Positions 1-9,617 of a stretch of DNA of 64,000 bases are shown in pieces (position 1 is the first letter of the stretch; each line of letters starts with the position of its first letter). Under the pieces are notes generated by a model. That model worked only from the letters and a program-made list of their open reading frames with translations, did not search any database and was not told where the DNA came from. The stretch lies in the IMG/VR virus record IMGVR_UViG_3300030430_004991, positions 1 to 64,000 of that record. The stretch is one strand, 5' to 3'. The stretch comes from a virus. The position numbers and the translations under genes were made by a program.

Positions 1-249
1 GAATACACGACGAACGATTGGGAATGCAACAGCAGCGAAACCTTCAACATCGCTGCCACCCATAGTGTTGGCTTCGCGAAGAAGTTCTTTTGCTTGGTTT
101 TCGAGCAAGCGAGCCATAGTTGACTTTTCGCGCTCGGTTTGAAGACCTTCAAGTAGACCGGTTTTCCCCCACTTGGAAAGAAGAGCAGAGCCTTCCTTCT
201 TCATGTCACGGTTTACGATGCCTTCTGTAAGTGTTTCAATTATAGACAT
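1..249 (-). CDS. Major capsid protein (T4 gp23-like), 5' part; truncated by window edge
   Basis: Not in the ORF track. Manual translation from ATG at 249 gives MSIIETLTEGIVNRDMKKEGSALLSKWGKTGLLEGL...ARLLENQAKELLREA...FAAVAFPIVRRVF. KW..LLEG, LLENQ and P.VRR are gp23-family N-terminal motifs. Strong SD AAGGAGGT at 257-264. Confidence 0.92.
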   Translation of the reverse strand, partial: MSIIETLTEGIVNRDMKKEGSALLSKWGKTGLLEGLQTEREKSTMARLLENQAKELLREANTMGGSDVEGFAAVAFPIVRRVF

Positions 250-273
250 TATTTTAACCTCCTTAAATTATTG

Positions 274-1485
274 TTATTTAATGCCAGCAAGTTTTTTCAT
301 GTGTTCAGCAAATGTATGCTCAACTGTTTCGTTAACTTGCTTTCTACGTGGCAAAATTCCAGATAGATTTGATTTTCTTTGAACGGACTCGCTTAGGGTT
401 CTAGGAGATTTATTATCTCGACTAGAAGTTACCGTAGCACTCAGAGTCTCGCAAAGAGATTTTGCTTCTTCGGGACTTTTCGCCTTTGCGATGGCTTCAA
501 CAATTTTGGTTTTTTGTCGCTCATTCAGGGAGGCATCGCTTAAAGTTTTATTTGAATAAAGCAATCTAGCATTTGAGAGAAGTGTCTCGTTTACTTTTTG
601 AGATAACTTCTCAACAACATCTTTATATTGCTTATTCTTGTGTTTAAATCGTTTAATTGTTTCTTTGAGTTTTTCATTGTCTTTTTTAAGACCTTCATTC
701 TCTTCTTTAAATTGTGTAGACTGTTCGTGGGCTAGTTGCATCTCTCTTTGATACTGTAGTTTTCCCTCGTCTGTTTGGAAAGTTCCATCTTTAACAGCCT
801 TCATGTCAACAATTAATTCTTCTTCTAGAATTTCATTGTCATCTATTTCATTCATTAAATTCATAATCTCTTCAATAAGAGCATCTTCATCTTCGTCTTC
901 ACTCAAAGACTCTTGAAGATTGAGGTCTCCGAGAAGATCGTCTCCGCCTTCATCAGCAGTCTTATCATCTCCACCGAGTCCAAGATCAGCAGACAATTCA
1001 GAAGGTCCTTGTTGATCTGTTTCTGCTTCTGTTTCTAGCTTAAGATCTTCTAAGTCTAGTACATAAACAGGCTCCTCAACATCAATTGAAAACTGAACTT
1101 TTTGATCTGGGTCGTTTAGAGGAGACCCGGCAAATGGGGCCTCTATTGAAGACGATGAAGATTGGCTTCCTGCCATGTTTCCCTCTTCCTCTTGAAGAAG
1201 TTTTTCATCAATAGCTTCGGACAATTCAGATTCTGCAACTATAAAAGGCTTTTCACCTTCTCTTACAATTGTGGCTTGCCCATCTTCTACTTCATAGAGG
1301 GTATAATTTTTACCTTCATAAGAAACTTTTTGCTTTCTTGGGGTTTCTTCTCCCTCTAATAAAGTTTCAACTGCTTCTTTAATTTGAGGTGCAAACTTCT
1401 CTATAAGTGCTTGCTCAGCGTTTTTCAACGCCGCTTCACGTAGTGCCTGTGCATCTACGATTGCTTGTTCTAACATTGAAGACAT
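274..1485 (-). CDS. Putative prohead scaffold/core protein
   Basis: Very acidic, coiled-coil-like 403-aa protein directly upstream of the MCP. Many L/I/V-x-E sites (LLE, LSE, LQE, LNE) and a C-terminal MKKLAGIK. Confidence 0.7.
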   Translation of the reverse strand: MSSMLEQAIVDAQALREAALKNAEQALIEKFAPQIKEAVETLLEGEETPRKQKVSYEGKNYTLYEVEDGQATIVREGEKPFIVAESELSEAIDEKLLQEEEGNMAGSQSSSSSIEAPFAGSPLNDPDQKVQFSIDVEEPVYVLDLEDLKLETEAETDQQGPSELSADLGLGGDDKTADEGGDDLLGDLNLQESLSEDEDEDALIEEIMNLMNEIDDNEILEEELIVDMKAVKDGTFQTDEGKLQYQREMQLAHEQSTQFKEENEGLKKDNEKLKETIKRFKHKNKQYKDVVEKLSQKVNETLLSNARLLYSNKTLSDASLNERQKTKIVEAIAKAKSPEEAKSLCETLSATVTSSRDNKSPRTLSESVQRKSNLSGILPRRKQVNETVEHTFAEHMKKLAGIK

Positions 1486-1517
1486 TAAAGTTAACTCCTA
1501 ATAATACGTATCATCTC

Positions 1518-1524
1518 TAAATAG
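1518..1524 (-). promoter_or_regulatory. Putative late promoter motif CTATTTA
   Basis: 33 nt upstream of the scaffold start; recurring intergenic motif. Confidence 0.6.
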
Positions 1525-1547
1525 TGGGAAAACAAAGAAAAAGACTA

Positions 1548-2411
1548 TTAGGTTACTTTATTAATAACAACCCATGCACCCGAGCTAGCACAGATAATTG
1601 TAACAGCGCCACCAGCAGTATCTATAACGTAAGTTGAGTTTCCACTTATGTCCGCTCCACCGGATGCAACAATTCCAATGTTACTAATGTTTGCTCTTCC
1701 TGCTGCATCAAATATTGTCAAAATTCTTCCAACATCATCAGAAGAAATTGATGGTAAATTGATTGTGCGCTGTGATGTGGTGTCCACTGCTAGATAATGA
1801 TGTGCGGACGTAACTGTGAACGGAGAACTTGAAACTACGTCAAGTTGCGCGATGTATCCACCATTTGTGCTAAGATTGCCGGCAATCGATGTGTTAGAAG
1901 ATCCGTCAAAAGTTATAGCAGGATTACCAGAGTTATCACGTACATCATTTCCCCTGATACGAATGTCTCCATCAATGTCCAATAAATGGCTTGGGCTCGT
2001 AGTACCGATTCCAACTTTTCCGCTTTCTTTAATTGTTACTGCTTGAACGCTAGATCCAACAGTAGGATTGACCCAAAATTGTATATCTTTTCCGTTAGTT
2101 TCGTTTTGCATAACAAGATTCTCAGCATTTGAAATACTAATGTTAGCGGTATCAACACCATCGGTTTCAAATACAATTTCTCTATAGTCTGATCCGCCTT
2201 TAGCTAATCTAAGGCCTTGTGTCTCTGAGCCAGATATATGCACCGGGACTGTTGTTGTTATAACACTATTGGCAACATGTAGTCTTGTTGAGCCACTTGT
2301 CTGAAAGGCGATCTCATCTTCTCCAAAATCAATTTTTGTATCTCTCTGTGTATCGTCTGCTGCCTTAATATCACCTTGAACAGTTGAGCCTTTTGAAAAA
2401 TTGTAAGCCAT
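1548..2411 (-). CDS. Virion fibre/appendage protein
   Basis: Start reassigned to MAYNF (AGGAG SD). Contains a GKVGIGTTSPSHLLDI fibre-type repeat. C-terminal RTINLPS..G..LTIFD..I.G domain is shared with the two upstream genes. Confidence 0.65.
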   Translation of the reverse strand: MAYNFSKGSTVQGDIKAADDTQRDTKIDFGEDEIAFQTSGSTRLHVANSVITTTVPVHISGSETQGLRLAKGGSDYREIVFETDGVDTANISISNAENLVMQNETNGKDIQFWVNPTVGSSVQAVTIKESGKVGIGTTSPSHLLDIDGDIRIRGNDVRDNSGNPAITFDGSSNTSIAGNLSTNGGYIAQLDVVSSSPFTVTSAHHYLAVDTTSQRTINLPSISSDDVGRILTIFDAAGRANISNIGIVASGGADISGNSTYVIDTAGGAVTIICASSGAWVVINKVT

Positions 2412-2428
2412 AAAAAATCTCCTTTTTA

Positions 2429-2435
2429 TAAATAG
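2429..2435 (-). promoter_or_regulatory. Putative late promoter motif CTATTTA
   Basis: Directly follows the terminator U-tract; 18 nt upstream of ATG 2411. Confidence 0.6.
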
Positions 2436-2461
2436 AAAAAGGGCCGAGCAAAGCCCGACCC
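2436..2461 (-). terminator. Rho-independent terminator after the 2487-4151 gene
   Basis: Minus strand GGGTCGGGC-TTT-GCTCGGCCC (9-bp stem with two G-U pairs) followed by TTTTT. Confidence 0.75.
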
Positions 2462-2486
2462 CCAAGATAAAACTTGTGACTTTAGA

Positions 2487-4151
2487 TTAGAAGATTCTCC
2501 AATCATCAGCAGCTACGTAAACTAATTCAATCGCAGCATTATCAGATTCAAGAACAACTGAGGTTAGGTTTCCGTCAATTGTTTGAGAACCGGCACGCGC
2601 GATTGTAACAGCACCACTAGACACACCAGCAACTTTAACTCTTACTGAATCGCCTGCGCTCAATCCAGCAGAAGCAGGAAGAGTCAAAGTACGAGCAGCA
2701 GAAGTGTTTGCTGAAGCATAGTTAACACCTTTAGCAAGTGTAGCGTCTGCATCACCAAATGCAGTTACGGTAACAACACCAGAACCGATGTATGTCTTAA
2801 GACGAGAAAAATCAGTTCTTTTAATTGTTCCTGCATCGGAAATAATCATTTCGTCTGTGTCAGCAATAGCAGCACCGATGTCATCAAGACCAGAAACAAT
2901 GTTGTTATTAAGCATAGAGCCCTCAACAGCGTTTGCTTGAATAGTTGCAGCACCACCAGCAGCAACGGCAATATCACCAGAAACATTTCCGAAGATTGCA
3001 TCTTCAAGATTTGAGAAAGTAATTGCCTTAAGTGTACCGTCGTCAGAGAACAAGAATTCGTCTGCTTGAGCAACACCAGTGCCACCTAGATTGTCTTGTG
3101 CGGAGATAAGATCATCAGCAACCATTGAGCCTTCAACAGCGCCAGCAGCGATTGTCAAAGCACCATTGGAAGCAACAGTGGCATCACCACTAATCTTTGA
3201 GAAAGCCAATTCAGCAATCTTAACAACTTGTGTTTGCTTCATTGTACCATTATCATTGTGCAAGAAACCATCAGCGTCAGCAAGAGAATCTGTACCAACA
3301 GTAGCACCACCATCAAGCAAAGCAAATTCTGCAGCAGTAACTGCAATAGAAGCAGCAGAAGCAGCATCAGCGATAAGTGGAACATGTCCGGACAAATCAG
3401 GAAGAGTGATAGTACGATCTGCGGAAGGATCAGCAGAAGTCAATGAGATTTCATTTCCGTCTGGAGTAGCACCTTCAAACTGCACAGAAGAAGTTACAAC
3501 AAAACCTTGTTGAATTTCAACAGAAGAACCTTGAACGGTGAGGTTACCGGCAACAGTAACATCTCCAGCAAAAGTTGCATTTGCACTAGTGTTAAGAGTG
3601 ATAGCAGCGTTTGTTCCAACACTTTCACCAAGACCAATTTTAAGACTGTCGTCAGAGTCATCAAGACCAATGTAATAGTCTTGAGCATTACCGTCATAAA
3701 CAATCTTAGTATCTTCAGCACCAGCATCACCAATAACGAGAGTTGGAGTGGTACCAGCAATTACTACCCCATTAGCAGGAGCAGAGATTCGCAATTGGTC
3801 GCCTCCGTCTTCATCATATTCGATGCTAGCTTCTTGATTGTCACCGAAACCTAATGGAGTATCGTCTCCAAAAAGCATTGGCTTTGAAGCATGAATTATT
3901 TCTGAACCGTTTGAGGTTGCAAACCTCATGTAAACGTTTGACCCTTCTTTGATTTCCAAAGCGTTCGCTTGATTATCAGTAAGAACGATATCTAGTTCGT
4001 TATTGTCTGCGGAGATACTGTCGATTGCAATGTCTCCAACATTTGTAATGTTTTGATCAGCATTGCTTAGACCAGAGCTAAACGTTGCTGCTTGTTTGTG
4101 TGTAATAGAGCCGCTAAGAATTGCAGCCCCTACTTGAAATTTATAAGCCAT
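2487..4151 (-). CDS. Virion fibre/appendage protein with internal repeats
   Basis: Start reassigned to MAYKF (GGAGG SD). Ala/Gly/Asp-rich. Repeats SGD..VA..GA.TI...AVEGSM x2 and D....D.GT.K x3. C-terminal RTLTLPAS..G...TIDG domain. Confidence 0.65.
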   Translation of the reverse strand: MAYKFQVGAAILSGSITHKQAATFSSGLSNADQNITNVGDIAIDSISADNNELDIVLTDNQANALEIKEGSNVYMRFATSNGSEIIHASKPMLFGDDTPLGFGDNQEASIEYDEDGGDQLRISAPANGVVIAGTTPTLVIGDAGAEDTKIVYDGNAQDYYIGLDDSDDSLKIGLGESVGTNAAITLNTSANATFAGDVTVAGNLTVQGSSVEIQQGFVVTSSVQFEGATPDGNEISLTSADPSADRTITLPDLSGHVPLIADAASAASIAVTAAEFALLDGGATVGTDSLADADGFLHNDNGTMKQTQVVKIAELAFSKISGDATVASNGALTIAAGAVEGSMVADDLISAQDNLGGTGVAQADEFLFSDDGTLKAITFSNLEDAIFGNVSGDIAVAAGGAATIQANAVEGSMLNNNIVSGLDDIGAAIADTDEMIISDAGTIKRTDFSRLKTYIGSGVVTVTAFGDADATLAKGVNYASANTSAARTLTLPASAGLSAGDSVRVKVAGVSSGAVTIARAGSQTIDGNLTSVVLESDNAAIELVYVAADDWRIF

Positions 4152-4204
4152 AAAAAAATCCTCCAAGAAAATATAGCAAAAAAAGACCACAAGGTCTTCG
4201 TCTA

Positions 4205-4211
4205 TAAATAG
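4205..4211 (-). promoter_or_regulatory. Putative late promoter motif CTATTTA
   Basis: Intergenic, upstream of ATG 4151. Confidence 0.6.
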
Positions 4212-4233
4212 TCAATCATCTTTACAAAAGAAA

Positions 4234-5334
4234 CTAGTAAACAAAGAATTTTGAAGTACCATCTGAGTAAATATTGACAGCAGCATGTGGTGATTCTAAA
4301 ATAATAGAGGTAGAACCATCAATAGTTTCTCCTCCGGTTGTTAGTACTGTTATGTTATTTGTGTTTGCGTTCCCCGCTTCGTCCTTAATGGTAAAAAATT
4401 GACCCGCGCTATACCCAGATGCCGCTGGTAAACGTATTTCTATAGCAGAAGACGCAGAAACACCCATTATTCTAGCACTAGTTGAGGCTGTTATGGTCGT
4501 TGTCACAGCGGTTCTAGAATAATTTATACCACCGGGAATTGTTACTGTTACATTGTTACTAGAATTTGTTGCAGTTACACCTGCTCCTACAAAGTCAAAG
4601 GAAGTAACAGCAGTGGTTATGTTGGAGCCTTCGTCTTTGACAATTGTGCTGCCAACACCTTCAAGTTTTTCATCTAAGTATTTTCCAACATACAAATAAG
4701 CAGATGCTGTAACTGGAATTTTAGATGCTTGATAATCCTGTATGAAGATGATTCCAGAGTAGTAATCAAACTGCCAGTCAATTGCATCTGTGGATGAAAT
4801 TTTATTTGCTGGATTTGTTGGATCTCCAGTGTATAACTCTACAAAGTATCTGTTATTACCACTGGATCCAGGAAGACCAGCGTCTGTTGTAAATGGTGGT
4901 ACTAATTGAAGCCCACCACGAGACAAGTAAATTCTTTTATCGTTGATAAAGTTTCCACTTCCTTTATTTGGATTTGATGATGTTGTTTGGTAATTTGATG
5001 GTAGTTTTAAATAATAAGCGTGATCACCAGCACTTTGTGACTCATCCCCACCGTCTGCGTCAGCAGCATCTGCATCGTAAAAACCATCTGAAATCGCAAC
5101 ACAATCAAAATAGACCCTTTCAACTGTTGCAGGTGCACCGGCAGATGCTGAATAGAGTGTAAAAAAATCAGTACCTGGCTCTCTAGGTATTGATTCTGCA
5201 AAGACACCACCCCCTGGCACTGAGACATTTGAAGGAAATGCTTCTTCGGCATCAGTAAGAGATGGGCGAACCTGTGTTTTGCCAAGTAATTTCTTCGCAG
5301 CGAAGTTAGTAAATGTTACATTTGTTTTTGCCAT
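4234..5334 (-). CDS. Virion structural protein with fibre-type C-terminal domain
   Basis: Start MAKTN overlaps the upstream stop (TAATG). Motifs DWQFDYYSGI and YLYVGK. C-terminal IRLPAAS..G..FTIKDE.GNA..NNITV..GETIDG domain. Confidence 0.6.
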   Translation of the reverse strand: MAKTNVTFTNFAAKKLLGKTQVRPSLTDAEEAFPSNVSVPGGGVFAESIPREPGTDFFTLYSASAGAPATVERVYFDCVAISDGFYDADAADADGGDESQSAGDHAYYLKLPSNYQTTSSNPNKGSGNFINDKRIYLSRGGLQLVPPFTTDAGLPGSSGNNRYFVELYTGDPTNPANKISSTDAIDWQFDYYSGIIFIQDYQASKIPVTASAYLYVGKYLDEKLEGVGSTIVKDEGSNITTAVTSFDFVGAGVTATNSSNNVTVTIPGGINYSRTAVTTTITASTSARIMGVSASSAIEIRLPAASGYSAGQFFTIKDEAGNANTNNITVLTTGGETIDGSTSIILESPHAAVNIYSDGTSKFFVY

Positions 5335-8300
5335 TAGTACGCCACCTGTATTCTGGACAAGTATCCTGTCCAATCTTTATGAGCAGAAATTTTTACAATA
5401 AAATATTGATTTTGTTTTATTCTTCTTGTTCCTAAAGTTAAGGACACAGCTAATCCGTTGGTATCAATCGATTGATCTTCACCAGAAAAACTTCCTGCTC
5501 TAATTCCGGCACCATCATTATTTGGTTGATTACCAGAGTCAAAAATTCTTGCAACATCTGCCCATCCAGTTGATTGATCGTCTGCTCCAGAAAAGTTAGG
5601 ATCAAATGGAACTTTTAGCTCAACAAAACAATTTTTATTTGCTCCAAGAGATGCAGCATAGGTTCCAGATTTACCCACAAGATTAGCGTCTCCATACAAT
5701 GTTATTGTAAAACTAGCAACAGTTGATGCTCCGGTATATCTATACAGTCTATAGAAAGTTCTTGTATTGTTTGTTAGGGTTGAATAGTTTGGGTTTCCTG
5801 CTGGGGCTTGTAAGCCGGTAGAACCCTCGGCATTGTTTCTAGTATCTCCAGCCTTTCCAATTTGAAACGGGGAGATTGCAAACCCATTTACAGACACCAT
5901 ACCATCATCATGTGATCCACCATTATTCATGGCTGTCTGAGAGTTCCAAGTATTTCCAGCGTCGATTGCTGCAGCCTGATTGTCGTAGTTTCCAGAAACA
6001 ATTCTGTAGTCTTCTGTATTGAAATATTCATTATTAGTAAGAGTAGTACTACCAATAGATCCGGAATATTTCATAAATGATGTTTTAGAAGCAGTTGATG
6101 TAGTCTTGTTTGTTTTAAAAGGATGCTTTAATGTAGAAGCAACAGAGACATCATGATCTGTAAAAATACCTAGTCCGCCGCTTATTGATGTTAGGTTATC
6201 AAATAAAACAGTTCCTGTTACTTCTATTGTTGTTGTTTCACAATTTGCATTATTATTTAAAGCCGGCATCGATGCTTGACTAACTGCGGAATCAAATGTC
6301 GTAAGGCCACTACCGACTGCTCTTATGTTTGCAATGGAAGAATTTGTTGTTGTCCCAAAAGAAATAGCATCCGATGCATTACTGTATACATTACTATAAA
6401 AATTTGAACCAGAATATGAAAAACTAGCAGAGGGCCTTGAGGCAAAATATTTTATTCCTGATTGATAGTAAATGTCATTATGGTTAAAATCAGATAGAAC
6501 AGGAGAAGACACAGCGGTATTATCCACAGCACCAGAGGCATCAACAACCCATTCAACATAATTTGTTGTTGCGTCCGAGTTTGTTCTATGAATTAATCTC
6601 GCATAGTTCCAACCGGCTCTTTGGTTACCTGATGATACTTCGTAAGTACCGGTTCTGTATGGCTTCAAATAATCAGGTACACCATCTGATGTTGTAGAAA
6701 AGTCAACTGCCGATACACTAAGTCGCGAACTACTTCCATTAACAGTGTTAATAGCAGAGAGTGTGCTAGATAAATCGATACTGTGTACCTCTGATCCATT
6801 AACTTCTAGAATTAAAGAACCAGAATAGGCATTAAAAAATGCTTTAGCAGGAAAATCATTTCCGCCATCCGCCGCAATTGCATCGTTTATTTCGCCATCA
6901 ATTGTAGTGACCGCAGAAAAAATACCTCTTCTGTCTCCACTAACAGTATAATCACCATTTGAATTAATAGTAGACATAGAACCTACACCAGACCCAGCAA
7001 CATTACTGTAACCAGAAATCGCGTTCGAAGACCCAAAAGATAACTTAGCCGATGTACCGGTATCATTCGCATCAATGTCTGAGAGTGCCTGAGGGGTAGC
7101 CGCAGTTTCGGCGGAGGCCCCAAGTTGAAAGTCTAATTGTGAAACATACCCGGCCATGTTATTGGTTTCTATTTTTATCAAAAAATATTCATCGTCCGCA
7201 ATACTAGCGGTACCAAAAGTAATAACATGAACAGAGTTAAAGGTGTTAATTCTATTGCTATTTGCTGTTGCTGTTGAAACATAACAGCCATCACCGTCGC
7301 CTACTGAGCCATAAGCAAAATTTTCTGAAATGTTCATCCACCCGGTCTTACCTGGTATTTTTGCTAGAAAGTGTGCATCGTTAGAGTCAAAAGGAACAGA
7401 GTCTTCATTAAACTTAAATCCGTTTTTTTGAGATGTTATTTTGGCACTATAGATTGTAGCGCCTGATGTGTTTTGAATCTTTCGAAAATAAGTTCTAATC
7501 CCAGTTTGACCAGAATAGTTCGGTTGCCCACTAGCAACATTTGCTAATGTAGAAAAATTACCATTGTTTGGTACATCACCATCTCTCGGGTTATAAAGTC
7601 TTCTATTATAGATTAACATACCATCATCATGTCCAGCCTTTCCAGAAGATGTCATGTGAGCAGTTGAGTCCCATGTCCCTGATGAAACTGCTCCTTGTGT
7701 GTCATAAGACCCGGAAGAAATCCTAAAATCTTCATCTTCAAATGTCTCAGAAAGATTTGAGTTAGGGCTACTTGTATCTGCGTCGATCAACATACCTGTT
7801 ATTGTAGTAGATCCAGCAGTTGATAGATTAGATTTTAAAGGATGTGTAGCATTTAAACTCATTCCTATTGTTCCATTTAAAAGGTAGGTTCCGTTATAAT
7901 TTACACTAGCAGTGATACCTAGAGTCTTTGTGTTGTCTTCTGATCCTCCAATGTTTGGAACAGACTGTGCTGATGGAGTTGTTGAGTTTGTTGGTGTAAA
8001 AGTTATGGTATTGCTATCCGAAGGAAAAACATTTTTATACATGTTTAGGATATCTGCTTTGTAATTTGCTGTTAAATCAGTGTTGTATTTAACACCAGAA
8101 ACATATTTTGATCCAACAAGAGAAACATCTTCTATTCTATTGTTTGTAACAGACAGTGCTGCGGCTGCGCCGGCCGGATCATTAATCCATACAATTCCAT
8201 TGACATAATTATAGGTTGAACCAATTTGATGGTATACAATGGCAATGTTACTACCAGATGCTTGATCTGCAACAGCCACCTTAAAGCCTGCGGTACGATG

Positions 8301-9617
8301 CTTAAAAATGTACCATTCTGAATTGTTTCCATCAAACGAAGAGGCTGTTACTGAAAGATTTATAAACCCAGACCCAGACGAATTTAGGCTAGTGGCTGAT
8401 CCGGTGGCAGGGTTTCCTGTGCCAACGTTTGTTGATAAATCCAAAGAATGTATAGTCGCACCATTAAGTGTCAGCACCAATGATCCTGTTTCGGCATTTC
8501 CAAAAGCACCAGAGGCAAAAGCTACATATCCATTAGTTATACTTGGGCCAACATCATAATTAAGTGTTCCTGTTATTTCTTGATTATTGTATATCCCTAG
8601 TTGAAAATGTGTACCGTTTCCAAAAACATTTGTTTTTGCGTTAGTGATCTCCGCAGATGTGGCCGGCTGAAAAGTAGAGTTTTGCGAGACACCTGAAAAA
8701 ATAGTTGCCAAGGCATTCGATTCATTAGTGTATGTTAAGCCTGCTGAATAGTGAGTATAGCCGCTTATAGCATTGCTGCTATCAAAAGAAAGTTTCGCAG
8801 AAACACCATTAGTTTCATCCGCCCGTGCTGATCTTAGACTTGGAGCAGGACTTGGAGCTAAAATCTTAAGTACTTCATTAAAGCGATCAACAGCAGTTCC
8901 AACAGGAGTATTGCTGGCAAAATCTGTGAAGAGACCGTCAGTATAGCTTCCATCTTCTGGGTCTCCAATGTTACCATCACTTGAGCCGGCTGCTGCAATT
9001 TGAGATGTTTGCGTTGATGTCAACGATGAAGTTAAAATAATTCTACCGGAAGAGTCCAAAGCCAAATAACTGTTTGCGTCTAGTCTGTCTCCTGCTTGCA
9101 AGCCTGATAGATATAGAGGATGGGTTGAAGCACTAACAAACAAACTACCTGTTATCAAAGCACCACCAGTAGACGCAGTTAAAGCAGCAACAGAAATTTG
9201 ATTTGTTGTTGTATTGCCGTTTGTTGTAACCTCTGCTAGTGTTGAAGAGAGGCCACTTAGGTTTGATCCGTCTCCATAAAAAGCAGAGGCTGAGATGTTC
9301 AACGAAGAACTTAGGGCACCTGCAACATTTACAGTTCCTGTGAAGGAATGAATGTCATCAGCAGTATCTCCGATTTGTGTTGATCCTGTAGATGAAAGAT
9401 TAATAACATTTTTGTTTGTAACGTTTGTTGTGAATTCGTTTACAAATAAAGTTCCGGAGATCTGCATGTTTCCGGAAAGTATTAATTCATTGGTGCTAAC
9501 GTCGTATGTGAAATTAGAATTACCATTAAATTCATCACCATTTTTAACTTGTACTGATTTATTAGGACCTTGCGGTAAATTAGATCCGCTTACATATGCC
9601 CATCCAAATTCCGCCAT
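5334..9617 (-). CDS. Large Ser/Thr/Gly-rich virion protein with internal tandem duplication
   Basis: 1427-aa ORF with two ~580-aa homologous halves (SAKLSF.SSNAISGY; E.F..ED.RI.SG.YD; HDDGM; PNYS...RT..R). Confidence 0.65.
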   Translation of the reverse strand: MAEFGWAYVSGSNLPQGPNKSVQVKNGDEFNGNSNFTYDVSTNELILSGNMQISGTLFVNEFTTNVTNKNVINLSSTGSTQIGDTADDIHSFTGTVNVAGALSSSLNISASAFYGDGSNLSGLSSTLAEVTTNGNTTTNQISVAALTASTGGALITGSLFVSASTHPLYLSGLQAGDRLDANSYLALDSSGRIILTSSLTSTQTSQIAAAGSSDGNIGDPEDGSYTDGLFTDFASNTPVGTAVDRFNEVLKILAPSPAPSLRSARADETNGVSAKLSFDSSNAISGYTHYSAGLTYTNESNALATIFSGVSQNSTFQPATSAEITNAKTNVFGNGTHFQLGIYNNQEITGTLNYDVGPSITNGYVAFASGAFGNAETGSLVLTLNGATIHSLDLSTNVGTGNPATGSATSLNSSGSGFINLSVTASSFDGNNSEWYIFKHRTAGFKVAVADQASGSNIAIVYHQIGSTYNYVNGIVWINDPAGAAAALSVTNNRIEDVSLVGSKYVSGVKYNTDLTANYKADILNMYKNVFPSDSNTITFTPTNSTTPSAQSVPNIGGSEDNTKTLGITASVNYNGTYLLNGTIGMSLNATHPLKSNLSTAGSTTITGMLIDADTSSPNSNLSETFEDEDFRISSGSYDTQGAVSSGTWDSTAHMTSSGKAGHDDGMLIYNRRLYNPRDGDVPNNGNFSTLANVASGQPNYSGQTGIRTYFRKIQNTSGATIYSAKITSQKNGFKFNEDSVPFDSNDAHFLAKIPGKTGWMNISENFAYGSVGDGDGCYVSTATANSNRINTFNSVHVITFGTASIADDEYFLIKIETNNMAGYVSQLDFQLGASAETAATPQALSDIDANDTGTSAKLSFGSSNAISGYSNVAGSGVGSMSTINSNGDYTVSGDRRGIFSAVTTIDGEINDAIAADGGNDFPAKAFFNAYSGSLILEVNGSEVHSIDLSSTLSAINTVNGSSSRLSVSAVDFSTTSDGVPDYLKPYRTGTYEVSSGNQRAGWNYARLIHRTNSDATTNYVEWVVDASGAVDNTAVSSPVLSDFNHNDIYYQSGIKYFASRPSASFSYSGSNFYSNVYSNASDAISFGTTTNSSIANIRAVGSGLTTFDSAVSQASMPALNNNANCETTTIEVTGTVLFDNLTSISGGLGIFTDHDVSVASTLKHPFKTNKTTSTASKTSFMKYSGSIGSTTLTNNEYFNTEDYRIVSGNYDNQAAAIDAGNTWNSQTAMNNGGSHDDGMVSVNGFAISPFQIGKAGDTRNNAEGSTGLQAPAGNPNYSTLTNNTRTFYRLYRYTGASTVASFTITLYGDANLVGKSGTYAASLGANKNCFVELKVPFDPNFSGADDQSTGWADVARIFDSGNQPNNDGAGIRAGSFSGEDQSIDTNGLAVSLTLGTRRIKQNQYFIVKISAHKDWTGYLSRIQVAY

